This document shows, in pieces, positions 23,907 to 38,400 of a stretch of DNA of 64,000 bases (its first letter is position 1; each line of letters starts with the position of its first letter). Both the position numbers and the translations under genes were made by a program. The notes beneath the pieces were generated by a model. It did no database searches. It saw only the letters and a program-made list of their open reading frames with translations, and had not been told where the DNA came from. Where the stretch lies: assembly GCA_958009085.1 (NCBI GenBank), contig OY253680.1, positions 248,001 to 312,000 on the forward strand. Reading direction: 5' to 3'. The DNA is from Protoeuglena noctilucae (Eukaryota).

Positions 23907-24914
23907 GCCTGCTGACTCTTGCACAAGAGGACTTGACCCTTGTTTCTCTACTGCCGCCTCTCGGCTGCAGCCTCCGGACACTGTGCCGCAGCACAAGACG
24001 CGAGAATGTGCGCGTTTCGTTTCGTAGATATCGTTGCGTCTACCGCCGCGCAGGGAGGCTGGCTTCGGCTTTGCGCGCCACCTTGCCTCGCGCCTCATGT
24101 CTCACGAACTCTCTTTTCATCCTGGCCATTTGCGCCGGGCAGAGCGGGAAGCAGCGCCCACGCGCCACCCGTGGCTGCCCCCTGTCCATGCCATCGTTTC
24201 TGCGGCCCATTTCCAGCAGCAGACCGCAGGAGTTCCACTGACACTCCGTTTCCTGACGACTTCCGTTCCCATGTCCCTACGGCCACCCTGGAGGCGTGGG
24301 TCAGCGTTGTGCCGCGGCTGTTGGTGCCCAGTGGTGCTGCCCAACCCTGAGCTACCGCTCCGCAGCTGCGCTTGATCCCCTCGACGCGCGCGCCTCGCCT
24401 GTGCCGAGGCCCCGGCTGCCTGTACATGTGCCCGCGTATGCCCTTTCGCTCGCTCAGTTGTAGGACATGCGCGATGATCCAGCAGAGGTTGCGCTTTGAA
24501 GGCTGAGGAGGCTCAGCGATGCGGGGCAGTGAGCGCTCTGGCGTGGCGACGAGCAGTTGCTCCTGCTGTGCATACAGCTGGAGCCAAGAAGTGCTGTTGC
24601 AGCTTCAACGTGCGCGTGCGGAGTGCCGGCCACACATCGCTTTGCGACTCCTGGACGCTTCCAGAGGCCACGGAAGAGCAGAGCAAAGCGCGCTGTGCAA
24701 AAGGGCGACTGAGGTGGCCTAGCAACCAGACATGCCAAGCAACGCACGACAGCCTGCGCGGCTGGCAGGACCGGGACACAGTCTGATGAGTCGCATGTGC
24801 AGATATATCGGATATCCTCATCGGAGCTTCAGAGATCCACGAGCGTAGGGGGCACTGGGCAGGCATCTCTCGCCCGCAGGTGCCAGTGCCCTCCCATTCC
24901 TATTGACACCTCGC

Positions 24915-27900
24915 TCACGCCACGTCCCACTCCCCGATGTCGTCCACCGTGTCCTGCGGGCGCAGAAAATGGCCAGGGAATTTGACAAAATCAATGAGCT
25001 CGCTTCCCTCACTTGCACGCCTCTTACAGGCATGTGTCAGGAGCCAACACGGAGTCGTCGCACCGTCTGCCTGCCAGGGTGCCTGACGCCGCACTAGCCC
25101 AGTGCCAGAGCCACTCCATGCACCCACCTTGACGCCCATCTCCCTGGCCTTCTCGCCCTCGACCTTGGTGCGGTTGGCCGAGGGCCCCCAGCCGAGCTCG
25201 TAGGGCTTGGTGGCCAGCGGCTCATTGCACTCCTTCTTGAACGCCTGGTGGTACTCCCGGGCGTCCTCCCGGGACACCTGCCACAGCTCGCACAGCTCCC
25301 TGCGCAGGACGGGGCCGGGCAGGGTCGCGAGGGCCCCTGGTACCCGACATCACGAGCTGCCTCCAGTAAAGTGCCCAGAGCAGCGGGCAGGCGGGCCAGG
25401 CGTGTCACGAAACGTGTTTTGTAAATAAGGGGGCGCACGCGTGAGCAGAGCAGGGTCAGGGAAGGTAACGACTTGGCTGGTCTGGCAACCAGACCAAGTG
25501 CGCGGGCGCGCCAGCTCTCCGCTAGCCCTCTCACCTGAGGGGCTCGCAGGTCGGGACTTGGGTCCAGAAGACCACGGCGGAGTCGGTGACGAGGGCGTTG
25601 CTGGCCCCGGTCGTGACGTTGTGCAGGATGCCAGTCTGCGCCATGCTCTGCAGGGCCATCCTGCAGGGGCACCGGGGACGGAGCGTGTTGCGATCAAGCC
25701 GTGCAGGGAGTTAAGTTGAGGTCAGAGGTTACCACCCCGGTCTCCAGGCTCACCGGAAGTTGAGGAGCCGCGTCTGCTTCGTCTTGAGGGCCTGCTTGAC
25801 CGACTTCTCCACGTGCCGGTCGCGGTGCAGCCGCTCGTTGATCTCCTCTTGCACGAGGAGGCGCACGATGCGCTTGAACGTGCTGTGGAAGTGCTTCTCC
25901 TTCTGCGCGTGACGACGGCGGCGAGGGCATGCGTCGCACCGGGACGCGGCGGTGCCGGGCACGCGCACATGCACACCGGCGCTCAGGCCAACTCCGGGCC
26001 GAAGCCGGGGCCGAAAGGCGGCCGACACATCGTGCATCTCGTATCTCGCAACCCGCCCCGTGCCGCTCGCCTGCTTGAGGATGTCCACGACGCGCTGCTT
26101 GTTGTCGTTGCGGCGCATCAGGTCGCCGCCCTTCTCCAGCAGCTCGGTCATCACCTCCATCGCCTTCTGCATGTTGGGGCGCCACGCCAGGCCGAACCGC
26201 GACCACGCCTTCCTGCAGAGCAAAAGGCACCACGGCCGGCTCACAGCGACCATCACCGGCCCACGGCCAGTACCTCCCTGGCTGTGGTGGAGGTGTCTGC
26301 GCAGTGCGAGACAGGTGCAGGGGTCGCCACTTACCCGTAGGTGGCCGCGCCGGGCAGGAACTCGACGTCCTTGTCGCTGGCATACCGCCTGCGCTCGTAC
26401 TCGAAGCGGTTCTCGCGCGAGCCGGTGTCGCCGGTGGAGTAGAAGCCCGTGAAGCTAAGGCCGCCGAGCTCTCCTCGCTTGAGGGCCTGGCTGGTGCCGT
26501 CCTTGTAGTTGGCCGCCACCGTCTGCCGGCTCTTCTCGATGCCGTCCCTGAACTTCTGCGCGCGCGGGGGCAGGTTGGGGCCGGTGGCATGGCTGGGGCC
26601 CACCAGTGGGTCCGGCAGGGGCACCCGTGGCGCTGCACCCGTCGCCGCCTGCCCGCCGGCCGCCCCTTGCCTTCCAGTCGTCGATGAGCTGCAGCTTGGC
26701 GCGCTTGGCCATCTTGGAGGGGTTCTCGAGGAGCCTGCGCTGGCTCCAGCGCGCCATGGGCGTCTGGAAGCGGCCGAAGCGCGCGTACAGCCACGCCTTG
26801 AGGAAGTCAGGGTCGATCCGCTCGCGCAGCTGCCCCTCCACGACCTCCTTGTACTTGTCCTCGCGCTCCTTCATCCGTTTCGCGCCGAACTCGTACAGCT
26901 CCTCCTGCTGCTGCTCCGTCATGTACTCGGGCTTGGCCAGGTCATCGGGCACGCCCGCCTGCGAGCGAGGGAGAGAGGCCAGAGGTGACTGGGTCGTTTT
27001 TAATTCCTCCCTAAAAAGCAATCAAGGACGCACAGATGACGCACTAACGCTCGGGACGACCAGGCCACGCTGCCCATGCCCCATCGGATGGGTCACGCGC
27101 CCCTCACCTCCTTCTTCCAGGCGTCAAAGTCGGCGCGCTCGATGACCAGCTTCCCCTTGGCCACGCTCTCCACCACCACCAGGTCCGTCCTCTTCCTCTC
27201 CAGGGCCTGCAGCGAGGTGTCGTCGATCTCCTCCTCCTCCTCCTCCTCCTCTTCCTCCTCGGGCATCCACTCGTCGTCCTCGTCCTCGTCATCCTCCTCC
27301 TCATCCTGCAGCCAACACGCGCTGGGACCTTTACCCTTCACCCTAAAAGTAACAGCAACCCAACCCCCGCACGCAGGTGCCCATGGCGCACGTCCAGTCA
27401 TGCACAGGCGTGCGCATGCAGGCGCCGGCGTGAATGTGAGGCGGCATCAGCGCACCTCCGGCACCGTGTCCGCGTCGGCCTGCGCGTCCTTCTTGCCCTC
27501 GCCCATCTTCTGCTGCGCGGGCGCCGCCGTCTGCCCCTTCTGCGCCTCCTCGCCCAGGCCCTTCTGCGACCCGGCCTTGGCCAGGGCCCTCTGGGAGGCC
27601 GACTGCTTGGCGCCCTTCAGCTGGGACTTCTTGTCCTCCTTGTCCTTCGCGGCCTCCGCGCCCAGCATCTCCACCACCTCGCCCTCCGCCAGGCGCCTCT
27701 TGATGTCCTTCGCCAGGTGCCGCTGGCCCGCCTCGGACACCACTGCGGGGCGCACAAGCGGAGCATAGGCGTCGACCCTGACAGTCGACATGAGCTAGTC
27801 GCCCCTGGCTCGCACATGCCGGGTAGCAGCCACTGCAGCAGCGGCTGCATCGTCCACACAGGCAACCTGCAGCCCCTGCAGCCCTGTCGCTCCGAGCAGT

Positions 27901-30900
27901 GATAAGGAAACGCCTATGCTAGATGAACCCAGGGCTGCCCAGGTATAGCCTACTGGCGTGTGTTTAACAAGCAGCCTGGTGTGAGTGCCTCACCGGTGGC
28001 ACCGGCCAGGGAGGCGTTGTCGAGGACGGCCTTGGTCCAGCGGAGCTCGTTGCGGTCGACCTCGAACTTCGGATCCACCCGGTCCTCGTCCAGCTCGGGG
28101 TCGACCTTGAGCATCTGCGAGAGGGCCGCGAGGCACCGCAGTTGCACCAAGCGGCGTTGACCTCTGACGGATCGTGGCCAAACAGCGGTGCTCCCGTTGC
28201 GTAGACACATGCACCGGGTGCCTTCGCGTCCGCTGCCAGGCCGCCTTGGCAGCGTTGCCGGCGCGCGCCATGCCCTCACCTCCGCGTCGAGCAGGTAGAG
28301 GGCGTCCGGCTCGCCCACGACCTTGGCTGCCTGCTCCTCCCTCAGCGTCTCCATCTTGGCCTCCAGCTCCTCGTTCAGCTGCCAGTACTCCCAGCTGTTC
28401 TCGTCCCGCAAGAGGCGCGTGACGCTCTTGAGGTCCTCCACCTTCAGGATCTTGAAGTTGCGCTTGTCGTTGTCGGCGGCCTGCGCGACGCAAGCCAGGG
28501 AGCGCCTCGTTACACCCGCCAGGCGCGTCTTGGGGCATGAAGCAAGGCATGGGGCAGGGCGTTGCCCCTCGTACGTGTATTGTATGATCACTGGACACTC
28601 CGTCTCACCATGAACATGTAGATCATCAGGGCCTTGCGGACGCGGCGGGGCAGCGCCCTCTTGTCGATGCCGGCCGTCCGCATCGTGGTGAAGGTCCACG
28701 CCGAGATGGCCACCTTGTGCATGGCCGTGTTGGCCGTCTCGTTCTCCTCGGCCATGTTGATGTACTGCGGGACAGCACATGCCAGAGTGACGCGATGCCG
28801 GTATGCGAGGGCGGCAGCGAAGGCAGCAACACGGGACAGGCGCATGCCGGTACAGGGCTGCCACCTCAGGGTTCTTCAACCTCATCGCTATTCGCATACC
28901 AGCAACTCACCTCCTTGAGCCTCCAGCTCTGGTTCTTCTCGATGTACGCCAGCAGCTCGCGGATGACGTGGGGCGTCTCGCTGGTGAGGAAGGTGCAGGC
29001 GACGTGCAGGGGCGTCTGGCCGTTCTTGTTCAGGCGCCACGGGTCGGCGCCGAACTTGAGGAGGCGGTAGACGGCGCAGGCGGCGCCCCGCTGCGAGAAC
29101 TTGCGCGCCTTGTGCAGGGGGGTGTCGCCGTTCTCGTCCGCCACGTTGACCATGGCCGAGTGGCCCAGGAGCGCGTCCATGGAGTAGAAAGGATCAAAGG
29201 GCGCCTGCAGGGGCACACGCAGTAGCTCCGAGCCGAGGCCCGAGAGGTGGAAGAGCCTGCGGGGTGGCGACGCGGGTACATGGTTGATCGTGGCAGAGCC
29301 ACAGCAGGTTCGCGGCACGTGCCAGCTGTCCGCTTGCGCACCAGAGCAGGAAGCTGTCCGGGGGCTTGCAGTCGTCCGCGCGCTGCACGAGGTGCATGAC
29401 GTCGGCGCAGAAGTGGGGCGGCATCTTGTCCCAGTTGGGGTCGCCGGCCTTGCGGGTGAAGTCCTGCATGTCGTAGAAGCGCTTGATGGCCTGGAGGGCG
29501 CCCATGATGTACACGTACGTGTGCTCGCCGAAGCTCGACAGCACGTCGTTGTTGTACCAGTGGTCCAGGAAGTTCTGCGTTGGTCGGGGAGGAGGGACCA
29601 GCGCGTCGACCAGGGCGCATCACACGCCTCTTCCATGCCACGCGCCAGTCGCTGTGGGCCGGCCTCGGGGCCCGCGGCCAGGGCCTGACTGGCGTGGCAG
29701 CCCTCGCCTTGGCTGCATCGAGGGCCTTCTGGAGAGCCTCGTTCTGCGCGGCCGGGTCGCGCATCTCCACGGACTTGCCGTCCGGCCCCATCTTCATGCA
29801 CAGGAGGGCGTCCTTCAGGGTCCGGATGACCTCGTTGACGTCGGTGATGTAGTTGTCCTTGGGACCCCAGAAGTGCCCCAGCAGGATGGCCGGGACCTTC
29901 TGCAGCCAGCGCTGCCGCTCGTCCGTCCGCAGCGCCCTGCCCACCCCGCGCTGCGCGTCCCAGTGCGAGATCTCGCTGCCTGATCCCTGGGCGTGGTCCA
30001 TGATGGGCGTCTGGTCCTCCTTGTCCATGGCGTTGGGGTTCGTGGTGGGCCGCGACAGCAGCTCCTCGTACACCTGCACGAAGGCCAGGTAATGCAAACT
30101 CTGAGTACAGTACACGGCACCAGCGGGGACAGAGTAGCGGGCGCCAGCTGCGCCGCGCTGTGCAGGGCGCTGACCTGGAAGGGCAGGTTGGGCTTGTGCA
30201 GGAGCGTCTCGCCCCGCCCCCCGGTCTCCTCCCGCTTCTTGCTCGTGTGCGTGAGGGCCTTGATGCCGTTCGGGTGCAGGTCCTGCGTGATGAGCTTGAA
30301 GTCGTTCCACGTGGCGAAGCGGTAGAACTCGGGGTTCTCGAAGCACGCCTCGATGCCGCGCTTGGAGATCTCGCGGATCATGACGATCTTGGAGTACTCG
30401 CGGCTGCGAGGGACGGAGGGGCCCGGCAGCGTGGCTTCACAGCACTCGGATCACCCTAGCCAGGTGGCCTGCTGGTCGCGTATAACATGGGCATCTAGTT
30501 GAACACGCAGTCATCCCAGCGCTGCCCAGCTTGTCGGGGCTATCAGAGCCACGCGCCGACGTGTCGTGCATGCAGCCGCGCATACGGTGGGCACCCGCAG
30601 CTGCGCTCACCGGAACTGGAGGACGACGCTGAGCAGCGAGTACGAGTTGCTCGCCAGCGAGATGTAGATGGACGTGGTGCGAGAGCTCTTGTCTGCGAGT
30701 CAGGAAGGCGCACGCGTGTGAGGGGGCGACACGAGGTGCTCCACAGGGCGCCACCACCAGACGTGACTGGCTGACTGGCTGCTGGGGCCGACTGGCGACT
30801 CACTGATGATGACGAAGATGATCTGCACGATCAGCGACGGCCCATTCTCGAAGAAGGTCTGCATGAACTGCGCCCAGTCAATCACGGCCTTGGCGCGCGC

Positions 30901-33900
30901 CCGGCCGTCCAGCTTGTGGAAGCCCGTGGGCACCGAGTTGTTGTACCAGAAGAAAAAGTTGGTGACGGCCGAGAGGGCGCGGGCCAGGGAGGCCCACAGG
31001 AGCACCACGGGCACCATGGCCGCCGACGCCAGCACGGGGATCTCCCACAGGAAGCCTGCAAACGAGGGCACGGAGTCGATCGGTGTGGTGGGCGCACAGG
31101 CGGGACGTGAACGGGGCTGCAAGGGGCTGGAGGCGCCGGCATTGCCAGCCACGTCCTTCAAAGCTTCTCACCCGTGAGGAGGGCGGTCAGGAAGACCACC
31201 ACGTACATAAGGACCGTGTAGACAAGGTAGACGATCGGGGCCACGATGAGGCCGACCAGGGCCCGGAAGAGGAGGAGGGTCACCATTAGGGACTTCGTGA
31301 AGCAGTTCTTGCGGTTGCCGGCGTAGTACTTCGCCTCGCTGAAGAAGTCCATCACCCTGCGTCAAGGACGTGCGGGGGGCATGCGGCACTCCCCATGCGC
31401 GGCCCGCTGTCGTGTGCATGTTGCGCAGCGCCACAAGACACGGCAGCTGCATGGCCGATGGCACGTTAGCGCACTCACCAGAGGTCCCACATCGTGTGGA
31501 GGGCCCCCCAGTACACGAGGGTGGACCACAGGAAGCGGAACAGCCGGGCCGCAGGGCTCGAGTGGGCAGCCGAGGCCGCCAGACCCGTCACGTCGTTGAC
31601 CGTCAGCTTGCGCACCCAGAAGGGCAGCGACTCGTCCTGCGCCAAAGAGGAAGTGGCGGCTGACAAGGGCTGGGTAGGGAAGGGTTGCTGGGTGGCGGCT
31701 CATGACCACACGGGGCAGTGAGCGGCAGCGGTGGGTAGCCTCCGCATCGCGCCTCACCCCGAGGGCCAGGCGCTTCTGCTGCCAGTCCTCCCAGTCCATG
31801 TCCGTGAAGCCCAGCACGCGCGTCCCTGCCGGCTTGGGGGCGTCGGGCTTGTCGCGGATGAGGTTCCTCGCCTTGGACTTGACCACCTCGTCCCTCTTCT
31901 TGCCCTTCTTCTTGGTTGGCGCCTCCTCCTCCTGCACCTCCTCTGCAAGAATGGGGACGGGCAGCGCCGTTCCCTGCTGCCCCTTCACGAGCTGAGACGC
32001 GCAGGCGCCTAGCAGCGCGCGGCACGCACCGGGCGCTTTGACGGCCGGCGGCTTCCGCAGGCCGAAGCACGACGCCTTGGCGGCCTCGCCCGGCTCCATG
32101 ATTCCACGGCGCTTCTCGATGTAGTCTGCGGGAGATGGCGGGAACGCGTCACAGGCAAGCTTCTCCAAAGTCAATGTCCGCCCGCGGCAGCCGCAGCGTG
32201 CCACTGCCACGGGCACGGCACGAGCCGCTCACCAAACACCGACTCTGCCTGCTCCGCGTTCTTGCCGGTCGTCGCCACGCCGTACGACAGGTCGACCCGG
32301 TTGCGGGTGAGCTTGGCGTGCTTGTCCTGGTACGTCGTCCAGATCTGGTTGAAGTAGGACACGAGGCCATCGTTGTACAGGTGGTTCAAGTGGTCCCAGA
32401 GGTCCCACTCCTCATCGGACGAGCCGCCCACGGGCTTCAGGGTGAGCTTCTCGTCGGACGGCTCCGGCTCGCGCGCGGCGATGAGGCACGTGAAGAAGTC
32501 GCGCAGCTTGGTGATGCGCACCGTGATGCGCCCGAGGCCGAGGCCCAGGAACATGGACGAGATGGGCGGGACGAGCCTGCGCGGGAGGAGCGCCACGGTT
32601 GCCCAGGGGTGGTCACGCAAGATTTGAGGCGAGCCTCGGTTGCAATGCCTCTTCGAGTGCGCGCTGGAGCTAAAGCCCCCACTGGGCCATGCTTCTACGT
32701 TTCTTACAACTCTCCGATGTTGCGTTCAGACCGCCCACGCACCAGAGCATGAAGATGTATCGGAAGTAGATGAGCTGGTTGGGGTCGAACTTGTCCTCGA
32801 CTGTGATGATGGAGAACCCGGCCATGGCGATGACCCAGCCCATGAGGCGGAGGTTCGCAGCGGAGATGACCAGCTGGATGATACCCTGCACAGGGACACC
32901 GCGGGAAGGGGTCCGTTGGTGCGGCAGGCTCGCATACAGACATCAAGCGCAGCACCGCTACGCTTGTGCCCACGGTGCTGCAGTCTCACGTCGCGGGTGT
33001 TGTTGCGGATGAAGAGGTGGACGAACGTATTGATGTTGGTCACCGTACTGAAGAAGTACTGCACCGCCTCCTTGCACTCCCTGCGCTCACGAGGACCGTA
33101 GCGGCGCTCGCTTGGTGCAGCGTGTCTCAGGGCCTCTCCCTGAGGCCGCCCCATTGACAAATGTCCAAAGCCTCCTTCTAATGCCTGCCTCCCCGCGGAT
33201 GCTGGGCAAATGCTGTGGAATGGCCCCGTGGGTCCTGGTGAAATGCTCACATGGCGGACGCATACATGCGCACGAGGACCTCCAGGAGGCCCTTGTCGGG
33301 CGTCGAGTCCAGCTCCACCGCCGCCTTGGCCGCCTCCTTCACGTCCTTCTCCGTGAGGTGCGTCTCGCTGAGCGGCTGCAGGAAGTGACAACGCAAGGTG
33401 AGGTGGTGAGGTGGTGACAGCGAGCGCCGCGCATGCTGCATGGGCCGCTACACTCGTCAGGCAGCCGGCCCGCGAGCGCGCCCAGCCAGCAGCCGTACCT
33501 TGGACCACCGGAAGATGACGTACTGGAGGACGCCGAAGAAGTTGCGGCGCCTCCTGTCGGCAGCGAGCTTCCTGCGGGTTACGACACGTGCATCGCTGAC
33601 GCTCACGCGTGTCACAGGTGCCTACGCTCCTGCGCGCATCTCGAAGCGCACGCTCACTCTTTCCGCTCCGTCAGGTCCTCCATCCACTTCTCGCGGGCGT
33701 CCTGGGCTTCCATGTACTCCTGCAGAGGAGACGCCAGGCGCGGGCAGTTCACGTCGCGGCACAGGTGCATAAAGCATGCCGACCCCTGAACAGCAGCAAC
33801 GTGCGCTCACCGTGATCTTCTTCTTGTCCGCATCCTTGACTTTCTTGCCTCCTTCGCCATTGAGAGCATCCCGGAGCTGCTTCTCTTTCTGCGCGTGCCA

Positions 33901-34468
33901 AGCCACAGGCGTGGCATGGTTCACTAAGCAAACTGAGGGAGGAGTGCCGTGTTATCGACCTGCATACGTTCCGCAAAGCGCACCACCTTGCATCAGGAAG
34001 CCCCTTGTTGGTCCATCTCTCACCTCCTTCTCCTCAGCCGATTTGAACTCCAGCCCCTCCGCGAGCAGCTTCATGTCCACTCCCTCTTTGGGGAAGAACT
34101 TCTCTCGCTTTGCATCGCGTTCCTTCTGCAAGTGCAGAATAATACCGCCGACGTTGCTGGGCATGCACGTCAGGTCGAGGCGACCCAAAAGAGGTTGCGT
34201 GCTGGTCCGCGCTGTCAGCGGCTCACCAGGGTCTTGAGAACGTCCTCAGACTTGGTCGCGTCCAAGGTCGTGTCCGGCTGGCTCGTCCTGCAGAAGCGAA
34301 GAGTGCGACGGAGCGTCAATATTAGCGTCAATCGTATTCGAGGTGTCACCAAGCGACCCTGGCCAGCGCCCAAAGGATCACTCACGCGTGGGCAACCTCT
34401 GCCTCGCCCTTCATATCGATGCGCCTCGCCATGAGGCGCTCGATGCAGCAGCGGAAGACAAACGTCAT
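24915..34468 (-). CDS. Very large (~2000 aa, >20 exons) membrane protein: multi-TM region with an XK/TMEM26-like motif, ankyrin repeats, acidic tract and long charged C-terminus; start uncertain
   Basis: TM exons ~32900-30610 include QTFFENGPSLIVQIIFVII and SIYISLASNSYSLLSVV. Ankyrin motifs GETLLH...NPNAMDKEDQTP and VNVADENGDTPLHKA...LLKFGADPWRLNKNGQTPLHVAC. Poly-E/D tract 27230-27305. Strong GC3 codon bias throughout. Confidence 0.75.
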
Positions 34469-35414
34469 GGCCTACCCAGCGCCTCCTCCCCCACCCGTCA
34501 GGGTGCGCCCGGACTTTGGACCAGCCGCCCAAAGTCCGGCAACAGTGCACCTGAGGCAGAGAACACGGCGGGGAGGATGAGACGGCGCGGCGGGGGCAGG
34601 GACTGCCCGGCTTTCGAGGAGCAGTGTGCCGGCGCCAAGGCCTCCCGCAGGGGCGATCCCGGCCGCCGCAGGGGGCAACGCTCGACCGAAAGACCATCTC
34701 TGGCAGAAACGTTTCCAAGTCAGGATGGTTCGCCGCAAGCTGGGCTGGCCAGCGGCCGCATGGCCTCCATGCATGCCCGGACCCGCAGCGGGGCGCGACG
34801 ACCAGCTCGGGCCGGGCTGCGCCACCCCGGAAAGCGCAAAGCGACTGATTCATTTAGGAGCATCCAGAGAAAGCAATGGGAGGGCCTCGGGTCATCGATC
34901 GGGGCACGGGACGGCAGTGACAGCCCCCGCGCAGAGGAAACGTCCCGACGCCCAGCCGTGCAGTCGACGTGAGCTGGTTCGGCGAAATTTGCAGGACAAG
35001 TCTGCCTGCCGCGTGATCGGGGGCCTCCACACACCTCAGGCCCGTGACTCGGCGCCCGGGGCTCGATTGCGCGTCTGCCGACACCCTCAGCGCGGAAATT
35101 CGGTCACACGCGCAAGATGATGGCGGCCGGGGGGTCGGAGGGGCAGAAGATCGGTGAGCATTGGCGAGGGCATTTGGTTTGACCAGCCCGCCAAGGCGAC
35201 ATCTCCCCGCATTCCCCGCCATCGCACCAGCTCTCCGCATTGCTCGTCCGTTGTCGACACGAGCGGCGCAAGGGGCGCGTAAATCGCCCTTGGGAAGCGC
35301 GAACCGGTCCACGCCCCTGAAGCGGGACACGCCGCCAACCGATCGCCGGGCCTGCGAACTCCACTGGCTTATCGAGTCACCGGAGACCCCGGGAGCGGCT
35401 TGGAAGGGGCGGGA

Positions 35415-38400
35415 ATGGCCGACGTGGCCCCACCGCCGGCCGCCCATCACCACGACCTCGAGACGGACCTGGCCACCCGGGAAGACCTGGTGCAAAATGT
35501 CTTTGGAACGGGGTCTCACAAGGCGAGCAGAGCGAAGGCCGACCGCGCGGGCCCCTGGCCTGCCCAGGCTTGGCATGCGGCTTCGAAGTCCATGCGATGC
35601 GCCGATCATGCGCCCTTGCCGGCGGCGGGTCCCTGCGCACGGACCGCATGCTGTACAAGCAGCCAAGATATGTCCTCCCGCGGACGGGGTTCGATCGCGA
35701 GCTCGGTCGCATACGCTGCCTGCAGAAAGCGCTCGGCGACGCGGGCCTGTGGTTCATGGGGGTTCTGGCGTCGAGTCTTCTCTTGTACCACGTTCTCTTC
35801 CTCGTATCGGGGTCCCGATCGGCTCACCTGAAGGGCGGCAAGCGGTGGCTCCTGTGGGTGAGTGCCGCAGCCTGCCCGCGCGCCCGCCGTCTCCCGCCGG
35901 GGCCTGCGGTGCCTGCTGTAGATCCCTCTTCCACCTGCAAATGGAGATGCGGCTTCCTGTGACCGCAGATCTTCTCAGCCATCTGGCTGCTGGCCCTGCT
36001 GCCCATCACAGGGCACTACAGCCGCAAGATGCCCGCCATCCTCGCGAGTGAGGGGCCGCCAAGCTAAATTGTCATCTCCAAAATCACGGAGACCGTCGAC
36101 AATGCCCGCGATCCGTCCCCCACGCCCGGGCCCCGCTCGCAGGTGGCTGGTGGGTGCTGATGGGCTCGGGGACCGTCATCAAGGCCCTCATGTGCCTGAC
36201 GGAGTTCGTGTACTACATCAGCGGGGTCTTCAAGCCGGAGGTGAGGTCCCCAGCCGGGCCGAAGCCCGCGGGCGGCCTGTGCAGGGCCGAGCCCGCCCTC
36301 AGCATGCAAGCCTTGCCTCCCGCAGTCTCTGCCCGTCGGGGCGACCCTGGGACCGGTGCTGGCCCTTCTGCGCCTGACGCGGAAGCAAGCGCCCGCGTCT
36401 TTGGCCAAGGTCGAGGAAATGACGGAGGAGGACGCGAAGGGGATGCCCAAGAAGGGCCAGAAGGCCGCCGCAGATGCCGCGGTGAAGCCGGAGACTCCCT
36501 CGCCCGCTCCCTTGGGTGACAAGCCGCACGCCCGGACCTTCTGGTTGTTCTTCTTTTGGTTGTGCTCTTGGATATCATCGAAGCGACGCTGGATGCTGGA
36601 TGCCACACCCACCTTGTCTGCCGCAGAGCGCCCGTCGACCCTCTCTGAGAAGGTGTGGGCGGCGCTGAAGCCCCAGCACCTGGCCCAGGACCCGAGCCTC
36701 GTGGTGATCTTCCTGCCGACCGTCGCGTGGGTGCTGCTCTTCGCCCTCGCTTTGTACGACACGATGGCGGACGAGTGGCCCTACTACGTGTCGCTCTCTC
36801 TGCTCGCCTGGAACGCGTTCGTGGCGTCCAAGGCCATCTCCACGGGTGACTTCAAGGCGACGCACTTCCCCCAGCTCATCGCCTTCCCCGTGATGCAGTC
36901 GGCGGCCGTCCTCACCGACTTCGCCGTGCACCACAAGTGGCTCGACCCCCGCTTCCTCGGTGCGTGCCCTGCGCCGGATGCCCGCGGGCGATTCCTTGCC
37001 AGCGCGACTGTCTCTGCCCGAAGCCACATGCCCCACCATGCACGCCGGTGTGTGCCCAACGCCACGTGCAACGTCACGACGTGCAACCCCCGGTGCCCTG
37101 GCCGCAGCCTCGTGGTACCCCTTCGCCATCCTGGCCACCGCCCGGCAGCTCATGATCGGGGTGTCCGACATGCTCCTCGGCATGGGCTACAACACGCCCC
37201 TGAACATGATCTGGCGCGTCCTGTTCGACCCCAGCCGCGGGCCCCACGGGGCCTTCAGCAGCCGCCGGCAGCCCACGCCCTTCACGTTCAACTTCCTCCT
37301 CACCATCGGCTCCTTCGTCCTCTGCGCCTTCGCCGGCCTCTTCCTTGAGGAGTTCCCCGACTTCACCCTCTACATCCTCACCATCTCCGTCATCAACCTC
37401 GGCCCCATCCTCCTCTCCTTGCTCTTCCAGGGCGCCCCCGCGTTCGTCATCCGCGACCCCCACGTGGTCTACTGGAACATGGCGCCCTTCGTCCTCATGA
37501 TCTATCTCACGCAGTACCGCAACCTCGCGCGGAGCCCCCTCTGGTGGGCCGCCTTCCTGGGCTCCCTCGCCCGCCGCCAGCTCCTCGACGTGGCCAAGGC
37601 CATCGTTCGCCACACCCTGAAGCCCCGCCTCATTTACGGGCTCATGGATGTGAGTGCGCGCATGCGTGCGTGCGGCATTGCAACGCGGCGCACTGCCCTT
37701 TGCGCGAAGCTATGTAGGGGCTTGTGTCGAGTGAAGAAGCGTCGCATGCCCCCCCCGCAGACCCCCGACGGGAGGAAGGTCATGGACCCCAACCAGAAGG
37801 TGGCGCCAAACCCTTCGTTCCACAAGGCGGTGTTCCGTGCCAGCAACGGGGCCTTCCTGGCCCAGGTGTCCGTGGCCCTGTGGGCCATCGTGTGGATCGC
37901 CGCCGGCACCAAGTACGGCGCCTTCCCCAAGATGCTCTCGGCGCTCAACCCGGTGTCGTGGTTCCTCTTCCTGTACTACGCCGTCGGCACGCTCTTCGTC
38001 ACCATCCGCTACACCCTCGTCCACGTCTTCATGGACCTCTTCATGCTCCCCACGGCCCTGCCGCGCGCCATCATGCTGCCCTTCCAGCTCGTCTCCGAGC
38101 TCGGGTGGATTGTCGAGCACATGGCGGAGCACCTGGGCACCCACTGGCCCTCCATGCTCCTCGCCCTCCTGGTCGGCATCGAGATCGTCCTCCAGTTCCC
38201 GCTCTACATGTCCCGCGTCGTCCGGGCGTCCATCCAGGAGTGGACGAGCCGCCTGGCCTACTCGGCGCAGCAGCTGCTCTTTGTGGTCCCCGTCTCGGCC
38301 TCGCCCTACGTCCCCGCCCTCGCCGACTACCTCGGCGGCACCAAGTCCCGCCTGGGAGTCGCGGTCTACGTCGTGTGGTGGGCTTTGGCCATCGCCGGCA

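Noticed and set aside
24783..24823. CTGATGAG hairpin resembling a hammerhead ribozyme or C/D snoRNA box
   Set aside because: No matching GAAA core with stems I/III, and no convincing box D or terminal stem.
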